Source of the DNA: Chiloscyllium plagiosum
Lineage: Eukaryota
Direction of reading: 5' to 3'
NCBI RefSeq assembly: GCF_004010195.1
Contig: NC_057718.1
Location: 51,840,373-51,904,372, forward strand
Length of the DNA: 64,000 nucleotides
The position numbers were made by a program, and so were the translations under genes. Positions 12,452 through 25,882 of this stretch are shown here, piece by piece (the stretch's first letter is position 1; each line of letters opens with the position of its first letter). Below the pieces are notes generated by a model. It worked only from the letters and a program-made list of their open reading frames with translations. It did no database searches and was not told where the DNA came from.

Positions 12452-14189
12452 TAAGCTCTTTCCCTTGATACTCAATTGGGACACAAATGCTAAATCTACC
12501 ACTATTAACATTCCAGGGGTCATCATTGATTGGAAATTTAACTCGGCCAGACATATAAAATACACTGTTTCCCAACACAAATCAGAGCCTGGATATTCTG
12601 CACAAGTGACATATCACTTTACTCCCGAAAGCTTATGCACCAACTACAAGATGTAATTAAGTATTGCAATACAGTATTCACCAAATTACTAGGTGAGCGC
12701 ACCTCCAACAACAATCAAGAAGATTGGTATAATGCAGGACAAAGCAGGTTCATTGATTGCCACCTCAAAGGATGCCTCAGACTTCCATTCCCTCTGTCAT
12801 TAGTGTGCCACAGCTGCAGATGTATGTATCGACAAAATATGCTATTGCAACTCGCCAAGACGATTTTGGCAGCTCCTTCCAAATCTGTGATCAACACCAC
12901 CTACAGCAAAACGGCAGCAAGTATCTGGGAACAGTGCCACATTCAAGTTCCTTTCTAATTCAAAGACCATCCTGAACTGGAAACAAATCAGTATTCCTAC
13001 ATTTTCACTTGGCTACAATCCTGAAACTTGCTACCAAACAGCACTGTGTACAATGTATGCAAACAGTAGTTCACTAAGGTGGCTCAACACGACCTTTTCT
13101 TGGAAAATCAGGAGTCAACAATAAATGTTAGTCTGACTGGAGAAGCCCCAAATTCATGACTGAGTAATGAAAACCAGAAAAAAACTTAAATTTATAGTAT
13201 TTCTTGAATCAATCAATGCAAAATAGATATGATGACATCTGCATTGAATCAGGTTTTCATGTGTTTGTTCCATGCAGGTTTTTCATCACTCCACTGTTTC
13301 ATTCAGGATATACAGTGCAAAACTCCTTGGGCAGGAGCCATACCCAAGCTTACAGGTCGGCATTAATGCATGAGCTTTAAGAGAATGTGTGAATGGCCCT
13401 GAGATGCAGTCTGGTCCAATGCACACACTGGGAGCAAAGTTTCTCCACTGCAGCCTTTCCATGGTAATTACCAGTGTACCCTACAGTGCAAAACTGTAGT
13501 GTCCAAAGGGTCTTTGAATGGATTTGAGAGGCGGCAAATGTTAGATGACAATTTCCATGGAGAAAGGTGTGGTGGGTGTTGCCCATAGATCATGCCCTAA
13601 GATGCTGTTTCGTGCTGAGCAACATGGAGGATGAGGTGAGCTGAAGTCACCAGGCACCCTATCTGATTTCCATGTTAAGGTTTCTTGGTGTCCAGCTTAT
13701 TCGGTGCATTTGCTAACATAGGAAAGTGGAAATTACTGAGGCAAGTTGGTGCACTAATTAGTTTGCAACAAACTATATTTTAATTGGTAACTCGGCATTG
13801 CCTCTTACCCATCTCGGCATTACCTCTTATCCACCTCACCTCTCGGCAAAAGATGGAGCCAGATATTCCCAGTGTTGAATTAGCATTGACAAGCTACTCA
13901 TATGATTGTACCATGAATCCAGCCATAGCTTAAATTACCCAGACTCTGATAAGATGCCACCCACAGTGATTAACTTGTAAAACAGCCTACATGGCATCTC
14001 ACAAGGACTTGGGAAGCTTAATGGAAATATTGCTTTAGGTACAGATATGGCATCCAATTTATCTACAACGTTGTCTCACAAGACAACAATAGCTAGAATA
14101 ACTAGTTAATACATTTTTAGAGTTTTTAATTGAAACTTATGCATTGTTTCCATTTCTATCTAACATCATTTCCATACAGTTTCTGTCAA

Positions 14190-15170
14190 GGCCCCTCAGA
14201 ATGTTATATCTTTTGAATATTTATCTTTTACACATCTAAACTTCAATTGCATGTTTCCCCACACTGCATTCCATTTGCCAGAACTTTGCCTACTTAATCT
14301 ATCTACATCCATTTGTATCTTCATTATGACCTCTTCACAACCTACTGTTCCACCTATCATCATCAGCAAATTCAGCAACCATATTTTCAGTCCCTCATCC
14401 ACGTAAAATGTCGAGGCTCCTGCACTGATCCCAGTGGCACACTAATCTTCACATCTTGCTAACTATAAATGACCCATTTATGCCTATTCTCTACTTTGTG
14501 TTAACTAAACATCTTTCTATCCAGAAGAATATGTTACCCCCTCCACCATGGGCTTTTATTTTCTGCAATAACTTTTGATATGGTACCTTATCAAAAACAT
14601 TCTGCAGATCTAAGTACAGTAATTCCCCTTAACCTACAGCACCCATTACTTCTTCAAAGAACTCCAATGAATTAGTTAAACATTATTTCCCTTTCACAAA
14701 ATCATGTTGATAATGACTGATTAAACTGAATTTCTTTACATGCCCTGTTATAACCTCTTTAATATTAGCTTCTAACATTTGTCATATGATAGAGACTAAT
14801 GGCAAGTATACTTTCCCGCTTTCTGTCTCCCTCCTTTTTTGAAAGAAGGAGCTACATTCACTACTTTGTTTCTCAATCTAATGGAACCTTGCTTAAATCT
14901 TGGGATTTTTGGAAAATAAAGGTGAACACATCAACAATCTCAAGATGCACTTCTTTTAAAACTCAAGGATGAAGCTCCTCAGAGCTTGAGGATTAGCCCA
15001 CAGTTCCAAAAGTGCTCAGATTCACTTCCCTGATGATTATTTTTCTTTGAGTTGGTCCCTTACATTTCCTGATTTATTTTTACGTATCGGATGTTACTTG
15101 CACCTTCCATAGTGAAGACCAATGTCAAATCCCTGTTTTTTTCATCTATCATTTTCTTATTTTCCATTTT
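14190..15170 (-). mobile_element. Decayed CR1 LINE RT fragment
   Basis: Minus ORF IGGTVGCEEVIMKIQMDVDRLS and remnants of the upstream RT motifs. Confidence 0.75.
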
Positions 15171-15804
15171 TAATGCAATAAGATATAAAAAGGGTAGAGA
15201 ATTCCTGTCATTTACAGGATATCTGCAGGATATCTGCAGATCTACCATCAAATTTTCAGTTGGGTTATGAATATATTGAAAAATTCTGAGCATGTGACTT
15301 GCAAATTTTTTGATACATCCTTGTGGCAGGTAAGACTCTATGCACCTTTTCATAATTAGATAACTATTTTCTCTTTTAGGCACTGGTAATACATTGGTAA
15401 AACATTTGCCTTTGCTCAATGTCTCAATTTTTAAAAAGTGAATAAAATAATTAACTATCCGAGTTTAATCATTGGTCATGAATCAACAGCATCACATTTG
15501 CTAAGTTAATAACATATAATATATAATATATTCGTTCCATTCATATGTGTGTTTACCAAGAAATGCTTAAAGATCAGAAAATATTACATCACTGGAAGAA
15601 GCTAATCAGCTCCTCACGTTCCTGTTGTTTCTGTGGAGATGCTATTTAATTCATTACATTCCCTTTCTCTTTCTCCGATGTCCAAAACATTTCCTCCTTT
15701 CAAATATTTATTTCATTCTCTATTGGATGTTGCAATCAAATCTGCTTCCACAACACTTTGAGGCAGCATTCCAAATTATATTAACCTACTGTGTGAAATA
15801 AATT

Positions 15805-15970
15805 TAAAACATTTAAGAGGCATTTGGATGGATATATGAATAGGAAGGGTTTGGAGGGATATGGGCTGGGTGCTGGCAGGTGGGAGTAGATTGGGTTGGG
15901 ATATCTGCTTGGCATAGACGGGTTGAACTGAAGGGTCTGTTTCTGTGTTGTACATTTCTATGACTCTATT
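15805..15970 (+). mobile_element. CR1 3' end
   Basis: atttaagaggcatttggatggatatatgaatagg...ttctatgactctat; same family as the end at 17542. Confidence 0.8.
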
Positions 15971-16042
15971 ACTCTCCAACAAGCACCAAGACATCCCTTG
16001 ACTGGAGGGGAGAAGGGCATGACCTGTGAGATCCTTCATGTA

Positions 16043-16252
16043 CAGGTCAATCTGCTATAACAATCTGCTATAAATTCACTATAACACAATTGATGAATTG
16101 GGGACACTTTCAAAAGTGTACACTTTTAAAGCGTGCATTGGATATAATGCAATTCCAGCCTCACTAATTTCAATGGTGCTGTTATTACATGATTTTCTTA
16201 TAACACGGGATTACACAAGAATGGAATTACCATGTTACAGCTGAACCAACTG
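16043..16252. mobile_element. Tc1/pogo-type MITE
   Basis: TA|caggtcaatctgctataac ... gttacagctgaaccaactg|TA: imperfect TIRs with a TA TSD. Confidence 0.6.
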
Positions 16253-16349
16253 TATGTCCAGACACTGTGTGCCACTGCACGCTGCACTCAAAGTGGCTGC
16301 GGGTGGCGGGGGAGGTAGAAATTATCACACACCTCCTGCTCGAAAAGTC

Positions 16350-17050
16350 ATCTCCAAAAGGGCAGAATACAAATGTCACCCCTTGACATGCAATAGCATG
16401 ACCATCACTAACCTCTCCACTACCAACATCTTATTATGAGATTAACATTGATTAGAAATTGAACTGGAAGCCATATAAACCTGGTGGCTACAAGAACAAG
16501 TCAGAGATTGGGAAATTCTTCAACATGTAACATGTTTTGATTCACTTAAAAATGTCTACCATTTAAAAATCATAAGTCATGAACATGATGAATACTCCCT
16601 ACATGCCTGGATGTGTGCAGTCTACTAACACTCAAGCAACTTGACTGCATTTAGGACATAACAAGGAATTTCACTGGAATCCCATCTCACATATTCAAGT
16701 CACTTCCTCCAATCCAGGTGGAAAATGGCAGCAGTGTTTACCATTTATCTATAAGATGCATTGGAGAAACTCAACAAGGCTCCTTTACCAAAACCTCCTG
16801 TAACTCCCAAATCTTCCATCAAGAAGAGCAGCAAGTGCACGTCTGTATCATTACCTACAAGTTCCTCTCCAAGCCTCACAGCATTCCGACATGGAAGCAG
16901 ATTGTCATTCCTTGACCTCTTCTGACCAAAATCCCAGAACTCCTTTTCTAATAGTACTTTAGATGTACATTCATCAAATGAATAGCAGCAGTTCAAGATG
17001 GTGGCTCATTGATACCTTCTCAAGGGCAATTATAGGGAAGGACAACAAAT
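16350..17050 (+). mobile_element. Old CR1/L2-group LINE 3' fragment
   Basis: Matches the 12490-13160 segment, including gcagcagttcaagatggtggctca...ccttctcaagggcaatta. Confidence 0.55.
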
Positions 17051-17541
17051 GTTGTCAAGATTTAGGGCTTCAGCCTAAAAGATATGATGTAGAGCTTAAA
17101 ATTGGGGAGCTACTGCTGAAAGCTGCTCAAAGCCACTGAATAGGAACAGCAATGCAGGCCGCAGTTGAAAGGACTGGGTGAGTCACATGATAGCTACAAA
17201 TCTGGTTTTCCTAGTGTCAGTTGAAAGGAAAGGTGATAGAAAGCAGCACAAGCAGTCTTTTTTCTCCAACTTGCAACAGCATAGTTGGAAAATCACGACA
17301 GATTAAAATTAAGAAAACAGAACGGCTGCAAGGAACTACATTTCTATCATTGTTGGCAGGGACTATTGCAAAGTGTATTCCACCCTCAATCTCCCCAAAG
17401 AATGAAAAAATAACAGTGATTACACTGAAAGAGTGAAAATGCACTTTCAATTACAAATTAATGGAACTTTTGTTTTGATATTAGGGCCCAAGGTGGAAAA
17501 GGATCAGTGGTTCAATACGTGACTGCATCAATATCCTTCAT

Positions 17542-20289
17542 CGTGTCATAGAGACGTACAGCATGGAAACAGAACATTCGATCCAACCTGTCCATGCCAA
17601 CCAGATATCCCAACCCAATCCAGTCCCACCTGCCAGCACCCAGCCCATAAACCTCCAAACCCTTCCTATTCATATACACATCCAAATGCCTCTTAAATGT
17701 TGCAATTGTACCAGCCTCCACCACTTCCTCTGGCAGCTCATTCCATACACGTATCACCCTCTGTGTGAAAACGTTGCCCCTTAAGTCTCTTTTATATCTT
17801 TCCCCTCTCATCCTAAACCTATGCCCTCTAGTTCTGGACTCCTCCAGCCCAGGGAAAAGACTTTGTCTATTTATCTGATCCATGCCTCTCATGATTTTGT
17901 AAACCTCTATAAGGTCATCCCTCAACCTCCGTCGCTCCAGGGAAAACAGCCCCAGCCTGTTCAGCTTCTCTCTATAGCTCAAATCCACCAACCCTGGCAA
18001 CATTCTTGTAAATCTTTTCTGAATCCTTTCAAATTTCACAACATCTTTCCAATAGGAAAGAGACCAGAATTGCATGCAATATTCCAACAGTAGCCTAACC
18101 AATGTCCTGTGAAGCTGCTCCAACTCCTATACTCAATGCTCTGACCAATAAAAGAAAGCATAACAAATGCCTACTTCACTATCCTATTGACCTGCAACTC
18201 CACTTTCAAGGAGCTATGAACCTGCACTCCAAGGTCTCTTTGTTCAGCAACACTCCCTAGGATTACCATTAAGTGTATAAGTCCTGCTAAGATTTGCTTT
18301 CCCAAAGTGCAGCACCTCGCATGTATCAGAATTAAAATCCATCTGCCACTTCTCAGCTCATTGGCCCATCTGGTCAAGAACCCGTTGTAATCTGAGGTAA
18401 CCTTCTTCCCTGTCCACTACACCTCCAATTTTAGTGTCATCTGCAAGCTTACTAACTGTACCTCGTATGCTCACATCCAAATCATTTATGTAAATGACAA
18501 AAAGTAGAGGGCCCAACACTGATCCTTGTGGCACTCCATTGGTCACAGGCCTCCACTCTGAAAAACAACCCTCCACCACCACCCCCTGTCTTCTACCTTT
18601 GAACCAGTTGTGTATCCAATGGTTAGTTCATCCTGTATTCCATGAGATCTAACCTTGCTAACCAGTCTCCCATGGGGAATCTTGTCGAACGTCTTACTGA
18701 AGTCCATATAGACCACATCTACTGCTCTGCCCTCATCAATCCTCTTTATTACTCCTCAAAAAACTCAATCAAGTTTGTGAGACATGATTTCCCACGCACA
18801 AAGCCATGTTGACTATCCCGAATCAGTCCTTGCCTTTCCAAATACATGGCATCCTGTCCCTCAGTATTCCGTCCAACAACCTGCCCACCACTGACATCAG
18901 GCTCACTAGTCTATAGTTCCCTGGCTTGTCCTTACCAGTCTTCCGGCACCTCACCTGTGACTATCGATGATACAATTATCTCAGCAAGAGGCCCAGCAAT
19001 CACTTCTCTAGCTTCCTACAGAGTTCTGGGTACACCTGATCAGGTCCTGGGGATTTATCCACCTTTATGCGTTTCAAGACAGCCAGCATATCCTCCTCTG
19101 TAATATGGACATTTTGCAAGATGTCACCATCTATTTCCCTACATTCTATATCTTCCATATCCTTTTCCACAGTAAACACTGATGCAAAATACTCATTTAG
19201 TATCTCCCCCATTTTCTGCGGCTCCACATAAAATCCGCCTTGCTGATCTTTGAGGGGCCCTATTCTCTCCCAAGTTACCCTTTTGTCCTTAAATGTATTT
19301 GTAAAACCCCTTTGGATTCTCCTTAATTCTATTTGCCAAAGCTATCTCATGTCCCCTTTTTGACATCCTGATTTCCCTCTTACGTATACTCCTACTGCCT
19401 TTATACTCTTCTAAGGATTCACTCGATCTATCCTGTCTATACCTTACATATGCTTCCTTCTTTTTCTTAACCAAACTCTTAATTTCTTTAGTCATCCAGC
19501 ATCCCCTGTACCTACCAGCCTTTCCTTTCACCCGAACAGGAATATACTTTCTCTGGATTCTCGTTATCTCACTCCTGAAGGCTTCCCATTTTCCAGCCAT
19601 CCCTTTACCTACGAACATCTGCCCCCAATCAGCTTTTGAAAGTTCTTGACTAATACTGTCAAAATTGGCCCTTCTCCAATTCAGAACTTCAACTTTTCCA
19701 TCACTATTTTAAATCTAACAGAATTATGGTCGCTGGCCCTAAAGTGCTCCCCCACTGACACCTCAATCTCCTACCCTGCCTTATTTCTCAAGAGTAGGTC
19801 ACGATTTGCACTTTCTCTCGTAGGTACATCCACATACTGAATCAGAAAATTGTCTTGTACACACTTAAGAAATTCCTCTCCATCTAAACCCTTAACACTA
19901 TGGCAGTCCCAGTCTATGTTTCAAAAGTTAACATACACTACCATAACCACCCTATTATTCTTACAGATAGCTGAGATCTCCTTACAAGTTTGTTTCTCAG
20001 TTTCCCTCTGACTATTAGGGAGTCTATAATACAATTCTAATAAGGTGGTTATCCCTTTCTTATTTCTCAGTTCCACCCAAATAACTTCCCTGGATGTATT
20101 TCCAGGAATATCCTTCCTCAGCACAGCTGTAATGCTATCCCTTATCAACAACGCCACTCCCCTCCTCTCTTGCCTCCCTTTCTGTCCTTCCTGTAGCATT
20201 TGTATCCTGGAATATTAAGTTGCCAGTTCTGCCCATCCCTGAGCCATGTTTCTTTAATTGCTATGATATCCCAATCCCATGTTCCTAAC
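17542..20289 (-). mobile_element. CR1 LINE (HER1-like), about 2.7 kb, endonuclease to 3' end, frameshifted
   Basis: APE motifs [42 protein letters not shown]-terminal RTRGH..VRVWNELP; putative TTCAT TSD. Confidence 0.95.
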
Positions 20290-21280
20290 TTTCATTGAAT
20301 CCTATAAAATTATGCAACTAAAAAGTAACATAATTAAAGGCAGGATTGTCTGAGGTATAAGAGATCCTGCAGCAAGAACACAATAGCTGAGAGAGAAGAA
20401 ACATTTTCTCAGGAAAGCTGGCAAATGACAAGTGCAGAAGGACTGAGATTGCAGATCAACAGTTAAAGCATGTATGTGGCAGGACAGACCAAGTCTTGCA
20501 TTATGTCAATAGACATTCCAGGCTTAAAGGTCATGAACAAAGAGCAGAATATAAATGAAGAACACACAAATGCAAAGGCATATTCAGTATGGGCAAATCA
20601 GTGTTCTGAACTGCAAGAAGTCAGATATTCTCCACACAAGAACATGGCTGGAAGAAAAAAACAGGCAGATACAGACAGCTAAATTAATGGGGCATTAAGG
20701 TAAAGCTGGATATTCTATTATCACTTCATACCATACAATAGGTTGGGTCAGTCAGGTTGATAGTGATAAATTGTTTGTGACTATTGGAATGATGACTGCA
20801 AAAGGATGCAGACTTGACAGTACAAAATTTCAGATTGACTTTGATGTGACAGGCAACCTCATGAATTTGCAAAGTGGTACAATATGGCAGTCCAAAAATC
20901 AAAGCCTCAAAACTAATGTCGAAGCCACATGTTTTCATTATACTTGTGTCGAGAGGTAAAATGACTCTGTATGTCCAACACAGTGACAAAAATAAAGCTT
21001 CAGAGTTGGAGATCATAGACAGCAAGCAAAAACCACTCATCTCCACTGGACCAAGTCTGAAGCTTAGACATGTAACTTTCAATATGACAATAGAAATTGC
21101 AATGCATTGCATCACAATACGCCATTGACCACACAACAGATCCAACAGGAATACAACAGCTTGTTTCCAAATTAGGATGTCTTCCTGGAGAATGTCATCT
21201 CTGAAAGTTGGATAAGAATACTGGAAAGAAAAAGAGTAATAAAGAAATGGACATCTCCTACAGATTGGTTTAGCAGCATA

Positions 21281-21925
21281 TAAGCAGGAGGCTGGAAGAA
21301 CACGGCAAGCCAGGCAGTATCAAGAGGTGGAGAAGTCAATGTTTCAGGTATAACCCTTCTTCAGGAATGGAGGTGGGGGTCTGGGGAGCTGCAGATAAAG
21401 AGAGGGGGTGGGGGACGGTTTTGGGTGGGGAGACAGGTGGAATGGTGAGATAGTAGGTACGACCTGGTGGGTCGATGGGAGGGATGAATCTGGTTGGTAG
21501 CTGGAAGGGTTGATCAGTAAAATGGAAGGGAGGGGGAGGGGCTGGAAAGGGAGTCTGGGGATGGGTGGGAAGATTATTTGAGATTGGAGAAACCCATGTT
21601 GAGTCCTCCGCACCACACAGGCGGAAGATAAGATGTTGTTACTCCAACTTGCAGTCTGATTCACTGTGGAAATGAACGATGCCAAGGATGGACATATTGT
21701 ACCCACCACCTGTGTTCACCTATCACTAGCTCATCACTCTGCTCCCCTCCCCACCCAAAACCCTGCCCACCCCCTCTCTTTATCTGCAGCTCCCCCTTCC
21801 TGAAGAAGGGTCATACCTGAAACATAGACTTCTCGACTTCCTGATGCTGCCTGGCTTGCTGTGTTCTTCCACCCTCCTACTTGTCGACTTGGGATTGCCG
21901 CAACGACAGTTTTTTTCGTCTCTAA
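21281..21925. mobile_element. PLE-derived element with two inverted 3' termini, inserted in Gypsy pol
   Basis: Hammerhead-like CTGAAGA-agggt(t/c)atacct-GAAAC on - (21340-21365) and on + (21800-21823); the arms are mutually inverted. Confidence 0.8.
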
Positions 21926-22165
21926 CTAAGTTCAGATATATGGTAGCAATGAAATAATTTGGATTACTCAGAGTAAGGATCTAAGGATCTAAGTAAAAAT
22001 CTGAGACAATATCACTACCCCATGCCAATCAATAAAGGTCATTTGCCACAATACTACCAAGGCAAAAAAACCTCACTACCCAAGATATGAAGGCTGGATA
22101 TAATGAAGTGATGTTGAATGAAAGCAGCAGCTTTTTAACTGCAGGTTCAACATCTTTTGGGAGAG

Positions 22166-22210
22166 GTGTGTGTGCGTGTGCGCGTGCGCGTGCGCGTGCA
22201 TGTATGTATA
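22166..22210. repeat. Alternating purine-pyrimidine microsatellite (GT/GC/AT)
   Basis: gtgtgtgtgcgtgtgcgcgtgcgcgtgcgcgtgcatgtatgtata. Confidence 0.9.
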
Positions 22211-25200
22211 GTTTGGCATCTCCATGTTTCCCAAGAAATATCACAGAAGACAGCTTGAGATTGCCAGTCATCTTTCCAGAATGGAAACTAGTTTGTGGAT
22301 GTGGAGACATAATGGAAGAAGCAGTTGCTGACCACAATCAGATTCTATTGTGACTGCCCGATATAGCTTGAAAGATCAACTGGAAACTGAACAAAGAATA
22401 AATAATTAATCATGTCTGAAACCAACTACGCAGTCATCTAATGACAGCAAAAGGTGAGGTCATAAATATAAAATCAGAATAAAAATTTGTCAGATATGCC
22501 AAAGCTGACACTCCACAAGAACATGCAGCGGTACCGGGACACGGAACAAGATATAGCATTCACCAAAATCAAACAAGTAGTGACAGCAATGCTGAACTGC
22601 TATGATGTAAATGATGACATCACCTTGCAATGTTATGTCAGCAAGAAAGGACTTGTTTCAATCTGAATATAGCAAAGACAGTTAGTTGCCTTTGCATCCA
22701 AGGCATTAATGCAAATCAATGCTATGTTGAAATTGAGAAAGAGTGTCTGACTATTGTCTTTGCTTGCGATCATTTTCATAAATATTTACTTGGAAGATTC
22801 AAATTGACACTTACATCTGACCACAATCCACTGCAAAATATCTTCCTCATGACCATTTGTTCCAAAGTATTTGCGAAGAATGTTAATCCAGTCACAGAGA
22901 TATCATCCAAGTATGACATGCAAGTAATGGAAACGAATGTATAGGACTGACATCTGTGGTCAGCAGCATTCCCTTTGAATAAATTAGTTTAGACGACAAC
23001 AGAATACAAAACCTTTCAGATCTAAAGGTGGAACTTCAGTTCAACATGCTCTGGAAGTCAGCATAAATACTGAATCTGACAGATAAGTGCTTTGCTCACA
23101 TCAAGCAAACTACACAACAAGAAGCAACTCTCCAAGGGTTACAGAAGAACTGATGAGAGGATGGCCTGAAAGCATGAAGGACACTCCTGTGGTCATAAGG
23201 AAATATTGGGCATTCAGAGATGAACTGACAACCCAATGTGGCATCTTGTACAAAACAAATAATTACTTCTGTGGAATTGAGGGGAGAGATGCTGGACTGC
23301 ATCCATGTAAATGACCAAGAAATTGACTTGAGTCTGAATACAAAAATTGAAGTACTCTTCTGGCCAAACATGAGCAATGAAATCAAGTACAGCATCAGCC
23401 AGTGCAGGGTGGTATAATGAGTACTACACTAAGCAAGTTAGCAAGTCACTGATGAGACATGACGTCCCCAGACAAACCATGGTTGAAGCTGGGAGTAGAT
23501 ATCTTCACTCTCACAGAAACTGATTATCTTTTCACTTGGGACTTATATTCTGATTAGTAAGCGACAATCCAACAGACTTCAGTGACTACCAGTAAGGCTG
23601 TGAATTGTCCAAAAGCTGACTTTGACATTACAGCATTCCAGATATTGTGATGAGTGACAGTGGTCCTCTCAGCTCACAAGTGAAGAATCTAGCTGCTTCA
23701 ATAAGATTTGGAAAATACACCATCCCCACTCTATGCCCAGGCAACCTGAAAGACTGAGGCAGCAGTGAAAATCTCCAGCAGAATCATGAAGCTATCAAGT
23801 AAATTCAGCACAGATGTATGCAAGGCAATGCACAAGTGGAGAAACACATCTACCAAAGGCATCCAATACAAAGATGAATGAAACACTGCACTCAAACTTT
23901 TCCCTCAACAGCAAAAAAAAACACTCTTTGAATCCAGAAAGCATATGAGGCGTAAGTGAAAAATATCAAAATGAGTAAAGCCAAATTTAATTTTGACAAA
24001 ATTATCAAACTATTGCCAGAATCGAGCAGTGAAGAGCAGTCAAGGCATAAATTTTCAACATGTTCAACAAGAGGCAGCTCAAGGAGCAACTTGGAACCTG
24101 CACACAGCAGTTGTCACCATGATTGTTTGCAGTGGAAGTCAACAACCAGCGATACCGTTGCAACCACAGGCACGTACACACAAACAGGGAAACTGTTCCT
24201 GATTGTAGATGATCAATCAAGAAGATATGAACTCACTACCTGCACTGTATGCAGAGCAACAAACAATATCACAACCCACAACATCCCAACCATCAACATG
24301 TAACAAAAGATACTACACAACGACAAGTGCCGTGAGAAGGACACTTACTAGGAAAGGAACATGACCCAGATCAACAGTCAATGGCAATGCAGACACATAC
24401 CATTAATAGATCGGTATAATTTAAAGAGTCTGTGTGTTATGCATATACAAAGACTGATGGAAATAATGAACTGCTAATGTACGAGAACAACTGGGCATAT
24501 TGAAGGTAAGTTAGGTAAAATCAGAGTAAATGATAATGCATACGATGTTTTTCTATAAAAAGGATATTTGGGATACAAATGAATGAATGTGCCAGTCTGT
24601 TTCCTGGCTTGTCATAATTGTGTGATCTGAACCATTGGAACTCACCAAAAATGTATCGTCTGTCCAATTCAAGAAGGACAAGGACAGGCCACATTGTGCT
24701 ATTGAAATCACAATAGTCACTGTCCAAACTTCACCATTTCATCATTAACTAATTGCTAACATAAAATTTGGCTTCTTAACTTTTTTTTCTTTATCTTAAT
24801 TCTGACATATTTCCCTCTGTTTATATCCCTTTCCTAATATTAAATTCATCTCTTAAATTTATACTTTCTTCTCAGTCATTACACTTTTAATTTCACAGTC
24901 TCATTGTTTGCCCTATTCATTCAGGTCCCAGATGCTTGGATTCTCCCAGTCAGATGCCCTTTAACAGCTAATCTTGGCTCATTTTGTTTATTACAAATGT
25001 GAAGGATAATTTCACGAATTGTTATGTGGTGCCAAGGAGTCAACTATAATAAATAAGTTTAAAAAAATAATAGAGCTTTCCGCAATAGAAAGAAAATCAA
25101 TTGCTGTTTTTCCTTTAATGTTAAAGATTACTGGTAATTTGACACCACCTGTCTAGCCCAAAGGAAATCTAGTTTCATCTTTCGCTACTCTCCTGATGAT

Positions 25201-25554
25201 TTTGTCTTGTTTTCACTTTAAGTTAGGAAGCCTATGTTACTTTGACAAATGCATCTGAGCAAGATGCTTAGTTTCATTAGCAGCAAAGCCAAAGTCTCTT
25301 CTGGAAATAACCAATTGAGGGAGAACCTTGCATTCAAACAGTGTTGTCTCTGCTGCCAGATAGCATATCAATGTTGAATTGCACTTCCCTTCAAGTAAAC
25401 AAAGTCACTGGGTTGAATCTTACATTTTAAATTTTGGCAATGTCCAATCTGCATTTAGAATTTTGGGGAGATTTCTGTCAGGAGGTCTAATGAGACTTTT
25501 CTTGTTGTGCCTTATCAAGCTTTGCTTCTTTAACTGTCTACCCTGCATCTACAG

Positions 25555-25882
25555 GGTCCCTCATCCCCAATACTTGTCCAATTTTACTGTGCGCTATTCC
25601 CGAAATACCTGGCCACTCAGAATACTCAGAAATCACTGGCATCCCTTGCATCCGCTCCAACTTGATAGAGGTCCTAATGAGTTTGAAATCATCTTGATTG
25701 ACCCTCATCTTGGACGAGGCAGGATCATGATGGCATCTGCTGCCCACCCTGGTGAATGGCGTTGGAAACAGTATTGGGAAGCAAGAACACCAGCAGACAT
25801 CAGCATTTTGGATCTCCGCCTTCCTTTATTCCCATCGCTAGTGAGACCTGAAGATTCTTCACCTTATCCTCTCCGTCATTAA
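25555..25882 (+). CDS. Candidate terminal coding exon of an unidentified gene (108 aa)
   Basis: Pyrimidine-rich acceptor (ttaactgtctaccctgcatctacag), open frame VPHPQYLSNF...WRWKQYWEARTP...PYPLRH*, non-repetitive, more CpGs than the flanks, ATTAAA near 26132. No homology recognised. Confidence 0.4.

Larger units (their letters stand above)
10540..13160 (+). mobile_element. Old CR1/L2-group non-LTR retrotransposon remnant, interrupted by duplications and insertions
   Basis: Decayed RT motifs near 10820 and 11620 (TSDVNSRIWPSVASK is a frameshifted version of ALDIKAAFDRVWH). The 3' tail (aataaatgttagtctgactggagaagcccca) matches the tails at 10120-10195 and 30700-30770. Confidence 0.6.
17200..24000 (+). 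mobile_element. Decayed Gypsy (Ty3) LTR retrotransposon, gag-PR-RT-RNaseH-IN, with nested insertions
   Basis: gag-like GRIV*GIRDPAART (20340), protease KFQIDFDVTGNLM (20825), RT DMKAGYNEVMLNESSSFLT..TSFGR, RNase H YVEIEKECLTIVFACDHFHKYLLG..SDHNPL, GWPESMKDTP..YWAFRDELT, integrase PWLKLGVDIF. Domain order is that of Gypsy. LTRs were not resolved. Confidence 0.88.
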
